Assembly (NCBI GenBank): GCA_934277645.1 | Contig: CAKQUX010000001.1 | Location: 386,110 to 450,109, forward strand | Origin: an uncultured Clostridia bacterium | GTDB taxonomy: Bacteria > Bacillota > Clostridia > Christensenellales > CAG-917 | Reading direction: 5' to 3' | DNA: 64,000 bases | Part shown: one piece after another, positions 50,201 to 62,200 of the stretch | Numbering within the stretch: the stretch's first letter is position 1 | Layout of the letters: every line of letters begins with the position of its first letter | Translations under genes and position numbers: made by a program | The notes under the pieces: model-generated | The model's database searches: none | What the model was told of the DNA's origin: nothing | The model's input: only the letters and a program-made list of their open reading frames with translations

Positions 50201-53200
50201 GATTGCAAGGTCGAGGTTGTGAAGTTTAATCATATCGGTAATCTTTCCGCCGTTAAACAAGCTCATCGGATCAATATCGACGTCGAGATTGAGAGCAATC
50301 GAATATCCGAACGTATTGTTGAGCTTCTTACCAGGTTCGCTGATTGTGAGAGCCGTGGTAAGTTCGCCGAATACCGAGTAAAGAACTTTGCTGAGTTCGG
50401 TTGATGAATAGTCGCCGCTAAGGCTGAACGTTCCGCCCAAAACCATCGAAACAGACGAGATTTCGGTTACGTTCATATATCTGAGTTCGTCGTAGCGGTC
50501 AAATGCGACAATAGCGTTTGTCTTAACGTCATAGTACGCAAGGCAGAAATACTCGTCGCCTGCTTTTGCATAAAGCGAAGTGTTTTCGGTTGCCGTTCCG
50601 CTAAATGCGCTGAACTCACCACTTTCGTCCATTGTGTACCAAGCGATAGCCGTGTCGAGAATAAACGTCTTGACAAGGTCTGCTCCGCTCTTTGTGACAA
50701 TGACTTTACCGACTTTGGTCGTAAGGTTTTCGTTGATTTCGCCCTCACCCGTGCCGAGTTTCTTGCCGCTCAAATTGACGCTCGAAATGCGAACTTCAAG
50801 TTCGTCACCGACTTTAAGGCCTTCGCTGAGTTCGCCGTAAACGGCTTTGTTGTAATATGCGAAAGTTCCGTCAGCCGTCTTTACGTAAAGCGGCGAGTTG
50901 AAGTAGTCGTTCAAAATGTCGTTGTAAACGTATTCGCCTGCGTCGTAGCCATAGAACTTGTCAGCCGTAATCATTGACGTGAGCGAGTTTTCACGAACGT
51001 ACTTGTTTCTGATGACGTAGCCGTTTTCGTCATAGTGTCTGACGAAGTCGAATCTGAGCCATCTGTAATAGCTTACTTTGCTTGTGAGCGTGCTGTCCGT
51101 TATTTGCAATGCGCCCGTGCCGTAATAGTTAAATCCGACAGTTTCGGTAAGTTTGCCTGCGCTAAGGTCGGCAGCACTATAAAGTCTGATGAAGAACTCT
51201 TGTTTTGTCTTATCAGATCTTGTGTATTCGATAAGAAGCCATTCGCCGTCGTCGTCTTGCGTCGCAACGTTTGCGTTTGCGGTGTATACGGCTTGATATT
51301 TGTCGTATGCGCAAATCTTGCCGTCGAAGCGGTTTGCGATAAGGCTTGTTGCGTCGCCGAACGAACCGCTGATCGAATAACGGTTTGCATTTCTGATTGC
51401 AACTTTATATCCGCTTGCCGAACCGTCGGCAATCGTCATTTGAATGGTTGCGTGGCTTACGCCTTGTTCGCTGTCGACGTCTTCACCGAAGCTCTTTCCG
51501 TTTACGCTAAGGCTGCTAAGCTCGCCTGCGTTAAGAGCCATCGTTCCGAAGTTGTCGATAATATCATACGTCATCGACGTCGGGAACGTGTCTGCGCCGT
51601 TCGATGTGTACGAATACTTAGTAAAGCTAAGTTTTGGCGACTGAATGTCAACGCCGATATAGTTGTCGAATACGTAAAGGAGCAATTCGACAAGCGGTGC
51701 CAAAGCGTCGTCGTCAACCGTGACCGTGAACAAGCGTCTTGCGCCGATTTCGGTCTTGAAGTCGTCGATGCTGTCGTACGTCTTGGTTTGTCCGTTGCAA
51801 GTAATGACGTAGCTCGAACCTACTTTTACGATATGTACTCTGTAAATATCGTAGGTAAGATAATCTTCGCCTGCAACGTTGGATACGTACTCTGCGTCCG
51901 CAACGGTGCTCTTTAACGTGAGATACGATTGTCCGATTGTGGCGAGATATTCGTTAAGTTTTCCACCGCTATAGAAGACGTTGTCGAAATAATCGAGCAA
52001 CTCTTGTCCGCCCGTCGGAATTTGATTGTTAGTTCCTGCTGTGATATGTGCCTTTTCTGCCGCCGTAAACTTGACAAGCTGAGTGTTCTTGTCAATAAAT
52101 ACGTAGTTACCCGTGTCGCCCGTTCTAGGAAGGACGGCATAAACAAGACGACTTTCATCGGTTACGAATTGTTCGTAAGTAATTTGCGCTCCGAACTCAT
52201 CCGTCAAAATTTCCGTCGGATTTGTCGAAAGTCTGATGCCTCCGTTTACGTCGGTATTGCCGCTTGCATCAAGGTCGGTGTTAGCGTCGTTTGTAACGAG
52301 CGAGTCAAACCTATACCTCTTTGCGTCAGTGTTAATTCTAAGATACGAACGCTTGTTGAAGTCAAAGTCAAACGAGAATGACGTATCTTCACCCGTTACC
52401 AAGTCTGCAATGACGTTGAGGTAATTTGCGTGAAGCATAATCGAAATATAGTTCGACGTAACTTGCATGCCGTAAAGGAACGATCTGATATATTCGCAAA
52501 TGTTGTCAGGCAACAACGGAAGCGAAATCTTTGAACCTGTATTGTCATCCGTGTTATCGTCGCCGGTGTTATCGCCACCCGTCGTATCGTCCGTGGTGCT
52601 TGCTTCGCTGTTCTTATCCTTATTGAAGAGTTTGTTTCCAATCTCCGTAAGAGTGAAGCTGTCAACGGTGTAAGCCGCAAGACCCAATCCCGTCAAGTCG
52701 ATGTTAAGACCGCCAGGAACAAAGCTGTAAACGCCGTATTCGTTTTGATAGTAGTTTACAGGGTCATAGCTGTAACGATCTGCGCTGTAACGGTCGGTGT
52801 CGCTAAGGTCGAGTTTCTTGCCTTCCGCCGCATATTGTCTTTCAAGTTCTTTTACGTTGAAGAACTCTTTGTTCAATATGTCGTAAGCATAATCGCCGTA
52901 CGGGTTGACGAAATAGTGCGACCATTTGTCTTTGCTTGCCGTGTTACCAAGTTTTTCGTGGTCGACGACAGCCATATACTTGCCGTTTGCGTCGGTGTAA
53001 TATCCCTTATAGTTCTTGCTGTAACGAATGCCTGAGTAAGAATCGACGTTGTCCTTATACGGGAAGTACTTGATAAGTCCGTATTCTGCGCCCGTTCCCG
53101 AAATGTATTGTTTTTCGATATCGTCATAGCGGTAGCGAACAAGTTCGGTGCCTTCGGCGTTCCATTCGTACTTATCTTTGTTTGCTTCGTCGTATTCGTC

Positions 53201-56200
53201 AACCTTTACGTACTCGTTGTATCCGTCAATCGTGACGTAATCGCAAACGAGCGCATAGTTTCCGCCTGCGAAATACATTCTGACAAGAGTGTTTTCCTCG
53301 GTGGTTACGGTTTGACCTGTCGATGCGTCATAGCTGCTACCCTGCGTTACGATTTTGAATTCTGCGTTTACAAGGCTCAAAATCTTGACTATGTCAATTC
53401 CGCCACCCTTAAGCGTATCGAACAATAATTGAAGATCAAGGTCGCCCTCGCGCCACGTCGGTTTCTTTTCGCTATCTTCCGTCGTGCCTGCAATCTCTTT
53501 GTCAAGAATTGTCTTTCTGATAGAGTTGATGATAGAAGCGAGCTTGATGTCTATCTTCATATCGAGATAGGTCTTTCTGTTAAGGTAGTCGCCCGTTTCG
53601 TCCATAACCTTAATTATACCTTCAAGGTCTGCAAGTGACTCGTCTTGGAAGAAGAGTTGTACCCATTCCGACAAATCGAGGTCACCGCCTGCAAGGTAAG
53701 TCGTAACGTCGATTCTCTCTTCGATAACGACGTTTTCGATTTCCGAGTAAAGCGTGTAGTCTTTAATCGCGTCGTCGGTAAGCGGTCTGGTACGGTCGGT
53801 TTGCGCAAATTTAAGGCTTACGTTGTTGATACCGAGGCTGAAGTTAACCTCTTTTGCGTAAGTGTCATAGTTTGCGCTTTCACCTTCCACAAGGATATAG
53901 TAAATCGTCTTTGCGCCGTCTTTCTCAGCAGCCTGCAATGCGGCGTTAAACTCCGTAGTGCCGTAGGCGTACGGTGTAAATCTGCTACCCGTCGTAATTG
54001 CGGTGCCTCTGACGAAAATATTGTTTGCGCTGTCGAATGCCCAGATTCCGTCAGGGTCTTCGATGAAGAGCATAAGTTTTTCCGCTACGCCGTCCTTTTT
54101 AAGTCCGTTCGCTTCTTGAGCCGCTTCGATTGCGGTTTTTGCTTCGTCAGTAAGGTTGTTTTCGCCGTCAAAGAGATTTTCAATCTTAACTTGAACGTAC
54201 TTGCTGCCTGCAGGCATTCTGAACGAAATTTCTGCGCCGATTTCGGTCGCTTCGAGATCGTCGAGCGAAACTTTAACGTCGGCAAATCCGCTGTAATCGA
54301 TTCCTTCATAGATGAAATCTTTAAGCGATACGTCGCCGAATTTGATAAGTCCCAATGCAAAATCGATAAGTTGTTTACCTATTCTGACTGAGAAGTGTTT
54401 GTTTGAAAGCAAAATTTGGAGTGCCACGTTGTAGTCAACGTCTGCGCCGCCTGCTTCATTTTGAATTTGTTCCGAATTGTAAACGTCGTCGCCGAATATC
54501 TTAACGAGCAAATCGTTAAGCGTGTCGGTGATAAAGTCAAGTTCGTTGATAACCATCTTAGGCAGACCGAGTTTTTCTGCATCTATATACAACGAGCCGT
54601 CTTGATAGTAAACACCAATGAATACTTCTTCGACGTCGACAGCCGAAATGTCGATAAGCTCGGCTTTGAGTTCCGACTTGGAAAGGTCGCTGAAATCGAG
54701 AAGTGCGCTTACGCTCATTCTGAAATCCATCTTGGTTACGCCTGCGGTATATTCAGGAACTTCTACGACAACTCCGCTTATGTCACCGACGATTCCGCTG
54801 AATACCCTACCAAGGTCAACCGTTCCGGCAGTAAACTCGCCGTGCAATCTGACGTCAACGCTTGCGCCGACGGTGGATTTGGTGAACGGAATAGCTTCGT
54901 TGATATCCTTCGGAAGAAGCGATGCGGTCGAACCGAATCCGATGTTAAGTCCGCCAATGCTTACGCCGAAGCCGAACGTACCCGCCTTAACTCCGAGCGT
55001 GATTCCGAAATCGGAAATCGAAGTATACTTCGTCGACTTACGCATATATTCGCTTTGCGTAATATCGAACGTGTAGCTTCCGTAATTCTTGCCATCGTCG
55101 TTACGCAAATCGTACTTGCTACCCTTTACAGAGTAGTCGAGAACGTATTTGACACGCGCGCTGTAACTTGCTTTTTGTTGCGCTGTAAGGCTCGACCAAA
55201 GAACGTAGCCCTCGGTTGTGTTGACCCACCAGTAGTTTTCCATAAACGCACTGCGGTCTGCGCTGCCGATAAGCTCCGAAAGGTACTTGTCTGCCGTAAG
55301 TTTATAATCTTTAAATTCGTCGTACGCAACGTATGCAGGATACGTATAGGTTTCGTCTGCATCGTAAGTGAATACGTCCAAAATCGCAACGTAACGCATG
55401 CTCGAAAGAGCCGCTTTAAGTTCGTCGGTAAGTACGCTGTAAATGACGTACTTTTCGCCGCCTATTTCTACTGCGATATTTTCATATGCGGCAAGTTTAT
55501 CTTCATTGCCTTTATATTTAACGTATGTGCCGACAATCTTTTCTTCATAGTTTTGCTTTCCGACGTTTGCTTCAGCTTCCGTCTTAACAATGACGTTGTT
55601 TACGGCTTTGCTGTAGCGGTGGTTGTGCTTACTGCTGTCATACGTTTCGTATCTGACCGTGCCGTCGGTATTTGTCGTCTTTCCGTAGTAGCCGTTGATA
55701 TCTTGAACGTAAAGTTCGTCGGCGTGAGCTACAAGATAGCTGAACAAATAGTAGTCCGAAACTTTTTGATAACGAGTGCTCGAAGCAAATTGTTCTTTCT
55801 TTTCGGCAGTAAGGTTATCGTAAAGTACGAAACTTCCGATTGCTCCGTAGTTAGCTTGTTCGGTTTCGTTCAAAGCGTCGTATGCCGATTTCGTAATCGT
55901 GTTTCTTACGCCGCTTGCGTTGCTGCTTGCAAGTTCGACGTAATATTCAACGTTTGAATTGTCGAAGATATAGTCGCCGCTTTCGTATTCACGGAAGTAA
56001 GTGATTTCGGTATATCTTTCTTCGTATGGCAAAACCAACGAGTATTCAGCGGCAACCCACTTGTACTCGCCCTTTTCGGCTTTATAGTATCCCTTGAAGA
56101 AGAAATACTTATAGTCGCTGTCTGCGCCGGAAATCTTGTAAACTTCTTCGTTTGCTTGAAGTTTTGCAACGGTGTCGAAATCGGAAACTTTAACTTTTTG

Positions 56201-59200
56201 TCCGATATCGGTCAAGTTGACGCACTTGACGTTTTCGACGTTCGCCGCAGTACGTTGCGAGATAGGGATTACAGTCGAACCCGTTTCGTCGCTGTACCAG
56301 ATATAGTTGTTAAGGTTGTAAACAACGTTGTTGTAGCTGAAATAGAATACGTCGGTGTTGTTTACGTCCGTTTCCGCATTCTTAGATGCGATAGACGCAT
56401 TTGCAAAGTAGCCGTAGCCGTATCTATCGACGCTCCAATCCGATTCGATTCCGTCACTTCCGACGTAAATCGCTCTGAATGCTTGGTTGCTTACAACGTC
56501 GAACTTGTCTGCTTTTGCATACAAGCCCGTGTCGTTTTGATGCCAACCGTAGTTGTACGTTTGGACGCTCGAAAGGTCAACGGCCGTTCCGTCGATGTCA
56601 ATCGAAACTACGCCGTTTGCTCCCATAACGTAATTTGTCAAGTCATAATACGTATCGCCTATCTTGACGTATCTACCGATGGTATTGGTCAAGTTGAGCG
56701 CAACGTATTCCGAACCTATTGCAACGTATTTGCCCGTATCAGCGTTAGACACCGTGCCGCTTTCGTCATTATAACGGCTGTGAGTCGAAACGTTGTAATA
56801 CAATCCGTCGCTACCCTTGACGATGAAATACAAGTTTGCAGGAATAATTGCAGACGCAACGTAATCGACTTCTTTTTCAAGTCCTGTGCCGTATGCGTAA
56901 TAGCCCATCGTATAACGCAAGTTTTTGTTCTCGTCTTTTAAGAGATCTTCGCTCCAATCGAGTTTTTCGTAATAGAGACCGCCCGAAACTTTAAATTCGC
57001 CGTTTTCGTTTTCATAGTAGACGTTGGTATCGATTGCGTGACGCTTGTAATACTTAAATTCGCTTGCAAGGTAAATGAGCGTAGCGTCACCGTTTACGAT
57101 ATAGTAATCGCCGTTCGTATCTTCCACGCCTTCGACATTGCAAATTGCAATCGACGAAATCATAACGTATTTATTGTTAGCTTTGTCATAAGCGTAATTG
57201 TTTGTAGCGTTCGTAAGAACGTCAATCATATCGCTTATTTCTTCATAACTACGACTAAAGCGTTGATCTTTGCAAATCTCCGAATAATCGATAAGTTCGT
57301 GGCTGAACTTGCCCTTGTCAAGGCTAAGCGACAAGTTGAGCACGTCGAATATATCTCCGATATCGCCGAGCGTCGGCATAATCATCGAAAGGATAACCGC
57401 AAAGAAGCTCTTTGTCAAAACAAGTTGAATTGCAGGGTCCGAGATGATAAGTTCCAAAACAGCTTGGTTTGCCGCATCCGACGAAACGTCGCTCGTCAAT
57501 GCTTCAGTTCTGTCTTTGATGCCGCCCGAAATTTCATCCGCTTTGTCAACGACGTCGCTTATGGCGTCGTCTGCTTTATCGATGCCCTTAATGACGTTTT
57601 CGATAACGCTTACGATATGCGGAATGTAAGCTGCAGGAGCGCCTGCAAAAAGTTTTCTTCCGTCAAGATACAACGTATCCTGAGCAAGATACAAACCGCC
57701 TTTAACGATAGCGTTTCCTTCCGAATCGTATTTATAATTTCCGTAAGTGTCGAGTTCCAAAAGTTCAAGCGAAATTTCAAGAGAACGAAGTTCGCTCTTG
57801 TTGAGGAAGTCGAGAATGCTGTATTGTTTCTTATACGTTCCGTTTTCTTTATCTTCTTCGTAGGTCGTTTCGATAACCTTACCGTTTTCATCGACTTTTT
57901 CGACCTTCGAATACTTCGTGCCTTTATACTTTCTGCCCTCGTTTTCTGCTCTTGCTTCCCAATCGCTGATAAGTTCATAGCCGTTTGCCGTGAAGTAATC
58001 AAGGAACAAATCGCCAAGGTTGAAGTTTGCGCCGATTCTTACGCCGACCGCGCTATAGAATTGTTGGTCAGCCATAAGCGAAACGACCATGTCTCCGAAG
58101 TACTGAGCAAGCATATCCGAAGAATTGAGGAATTGCGACAAGTCGTAGCTTGCACTGCCGTCTGCGCTTACGTAAAGTTTGCCGTCAACCGAAAGGTTGT
58201 AGGTTTGCGACGTGAATTTCGTAAGGTCTGCAAAGTCGTTAGGCGTTACTCCGACTCCGAGAATAGAAGTCGTTGCGCCGATATCGATTGTAAATGCGGC
58301 GGCAAGAGCAAGTTTAAGTTTCAAGCCGTCGGCAGTTTGCATTCCGACCGAAATAGACGGTTTGCCGTCGAAATCGTCGTCTGCGAGTTTAAGGAAAAGT
58401 CCGCTCGTGCTTTCGTCAAGATTGAATCTGCTAAGGTTTACCGAATTGTCACTGAACAATGCGATGACCGCTTGAAGCATATCGCTGTTGAACATAATGT
58501 CGAACGAATCGAAAGTTTTGAGCGTTGCGCCGCTTCTGAGTTTTGCCTTTACGACTACCGTCTTTACGATAGCATTCAAAACCGCGGCAACAAGTTTTGT
58601 GCCTTTAAGTTGTTCTTTTTCTTCGTCGGTCGTGCCGGCTTCTTCTTTATTGCCACCGCCGATCATATCGAAGATAAAGTCTGCGCTGATCTTTGCTCTC
58701 GGTCCGTCAATTCCTTTAAGGTCTAAAAGCAAATAGTTGTCTACAAGATAAATACCTACGGTCTTTCCTGCGATAGCTTGACGGTTGTGATCCATAGCGC
58801 AAAGTTCGATACCGAATTCGCACGCTTTAAGAAGTTGATCGATGGAGAAGTTTCCAAGGAAATCTTTAAGCTCCATACCGCCGTCGATAACGCTGTAAAT
58901 TCCGAGTTTTTGAAGGTCGATGTTACCTTTAAGAGTAAGGATAAGCGTCGTGTCAACCATATCGTCAACGTAGAACTTGAACGCAATAGTTTTAAGCAAA
59001 TCTTTAAGCGAAACTTTGTTTGCGCCCGAACCGAACGAGAAACCTTTTATAAGGTTGTTTATGAAATCGAGGTTCAAAGTTGCGTCGAGAATTTCTTGGA
59101 ACTCTCTCGGCACTCTTTGATACGTTCCGTTTTCGTCTTGAATGAAGTGTACTCCGTCCGATGCCAACGAGTATCTGTCCGACTTAGGAACACTGCCCGA

Positions 59201-62200
59201 TGCGATTTGAGTTTGCGTCATCTTGACAAAAGTTGCGTCAAGCGAGTAGTTGAAATAGAAATCGAACGCAAACGTGATACACGGATTGTCGTCGAAGTTG
59301 TTGAGTGTCGAATTGCCGTTTTTGTCGACACCTGAAGTAAGACGCGTGATAGCGTCACTGAGTTTTTCGCCTACGCTTTGCAATCTTTCATAGGTATCGA
59401 GCAACGAGATAGGCAATTTTTCTCCGCCTATTTCGACGTAGTAATTTGCCCAAGGATTGGTTTCGCCTGCTTTTACAGGGTCACCTGTGAGCGGATTAAA
59501 CGTGTCGCCGACCTTTTCAAAAACGTTTTCGCGAGTAAGTTTATAGTAAACGTCCGTGTTCGATTGTCTGACGTAGTAGCCGATAAAGTTATCTACTTCG
59601 TTGAAGTCTATTTCGGCATAACGGTCTTTTGCCGCACCCGTTGCAAGGTATGGTCTTACAATCGAAAGGCTTACCGACAAAATCTTGGAATCGAGTCCGA
59701 CAAGAATTTGCGGGATTGCGGTGTCGATCGTAAATTCGGCAGACAAGCCGAGATCAACAGGATTGCCGTTTTCATCAACCATCTTGCTGAGAATGGTGTC
59801 GATGTCGACTTGTTCGTCTTCCGGCTTTCCGTTGTTAAGAACGAAGTTGATAATTGCTATTATAAGGTTTTGTGCAAGCGTGATAGAAATTTCTTTGCTT
59901 GCAAGAGCGATGACGGTTTCGAGAGCTTCTTTAGCTTTGTCGCCGCCCTCTTCTCCTTCATCCGAAATTTCGGCTTCACCGTCTTGCGTGACCGAAGTCG
60001 TCAATTTCTTGACGAGCCCGTTTATCGTATCGCTGACGATTGTGCCGACGTCGATATTGTTCATAACGAAGTTGTCTTCGCTAAGCGCGCCGAGTTCGAC
60101 GTAAAGGTCGGTGCCTAAAATGTAAACGCCGAACAAAACTTTGCCCGTGGTCTTATCGCGAAGGACGAGATAAAGTTGAGTGTCGTTTTTACTTTCGGTG
60201 TTGATGCTGGCTTCGATTTCGAGAGCCATATCGAGATAAATGTCTTCTTTAATGTCAAGACCGAAGTCAAGAGCAAGGTCGGCAACCAACGCTTTCAAAT
60301 AGCTGTCGATTTTGATAATGCCGTCCTCTTCTTCCTGAGAGTTTTTAAGTTGTCCTTGAATGTCGATAGCAAAACTAAGGCTGAACTGCGACAAGTTTTG
60401 AAGAGCTATGTAGTCGGTTCTGTTTATGTCTTTACCTATCGATTGTCTGTTGAAAGATATTGTAGGTTTGACGATTGACAAGGTTACCTGCAACGGATCG
60501 ACGCCCACAGACAGTTCAAGGTCTTGCGCCGCCGTGTTAAGTTGAACATACGAACGGTCAGGCGTAAGCTCGATCATAGGTTTAAGCGTCTTCGTTCCGT
60601 CAGGATTTACTTGATAAAGCGACGGAATGAATTGTGCAAGCAATACGGCAACGAACTTCGACGAGAAGTTGACAAGAAGCGTATCTTCTTTAAGCGTAAT
60701 CGCGCTAAGTCCCGTGCCGAGAATGACTGCAAGAAGATTGAGCGAATCGTTAGATGCAGTAGTATCCTCACCTTCGCTTCCTACTGCTTCGTCGGCGAGT
60801 TCATAGCACTTGACGTAAAGGACTTTCGACAAACCTGCATAAGTTGCGGTAATTGTGACCGAACCTGCCTTTTTAGCCGTGACGACAACGCCGCCTGCCG
60901 CCGTAACGGTTGCAGTTGCAATGCTTTCGTCTGACGATACTACTTCGACCTTGCCTGTAGGATTGCTGAACGGTACCCACGGTGTTCTCGAAGAGTCGCC
61001 TACTTTGATTTCACGAGAAACGGCGTCTACAACGGTAACTTTGATTTTCTTGGTTACGGTAGCTCCCTTTTCATCGGTATAGGAAACCGTAAGAGCAACT
61101 TCGCCCTTAGCTTTTCCGTTTACTTTGATTCTGTTTCCGCCAACGATTTCGGTAGTGGCAACGGTTTCGTTTGCGCTTTCGACTTTAAGTCCGGCAATGC
61201 TGCCGTCTTCCGCTTTCTTTGCGTCTTCGAATACGTCGTCGGAAATGAAAGTTTCAGCCTCGCCGAGAGCAACGCCCATATCGAAATCGTACTTGGTTTC
61301 AAACATACCCAAAATCTTGCCGATATCGAAACCGTCAAGCATAATGTGAGTATTTTGCCAAATTCCCAAATCTATATCGAGGAAGAGCGTGCTGTAAGGT
61401 TGTCCGAAGTTGTTGTTTCCTTGATATACAAGATACAAGCCCAAAGCCTTCTTGCTCGTAGAAAGTCCGACCTTTCCGTCCCAGATTTCGATTGCGAGAT
61501 CCGAGTGGGTAAGAATATATTCGATATTCATAAGGTTTTTAAGGTCAAACGTCTTTTCCTTAATATTGATTCCCGAAAGGTCGAGTCTCAAAAGAGCCGA
61601 AATCTTAAATCCGAGTTCGTCGCTGATCTGCGCAGGAATTTCAAACGCAAGCATAAGTTGATAAAGCAAACTTTCAAGAGCAGGAGAATCCGTCTTGTAA
61701 AGGCTTTCAATCCAGCTGCCTACGTCCCACTTGCCCGCATCGCTGTGCGAATCGCTTTGATATGCGTATGCGCCGAGCGAACCGCTAAGCTCTAAATAAA
61801 GTCCTTCGAGATTGATTGTTCCGTCGTCGTTAAACAAAGCGACGTTGACGTAACCTTCGCCGATTGCCTTGTCGAGACCTTCGATGTCGATTTGCGAGAA
61901 TTCGACTTTCGGAGCGTTAAGGTTAAGCGAAACGGCGATCATATCTTCATCTTTTTCGTTCTTAATTGCAAGCGAGCCTTTAAGACCGCTGTCGTAGTGC
62001 GTAACCACGCCGTCCACTACCTCGTCGGTATCTTTGTAACGAAGTTCAAGCGATGCCGAGATGCCGGCAAATCCGAGACCGAGTTTATTGAGAACAAGTT
62101 CTGTCAAACCGTCTGCGACTTCGACAAGGATTCTCGAATCGGACATTGCGACCGAAAGAAGAATTGCAAGGTCATAGTTTTTGATATTTCCGTCTTTGTC

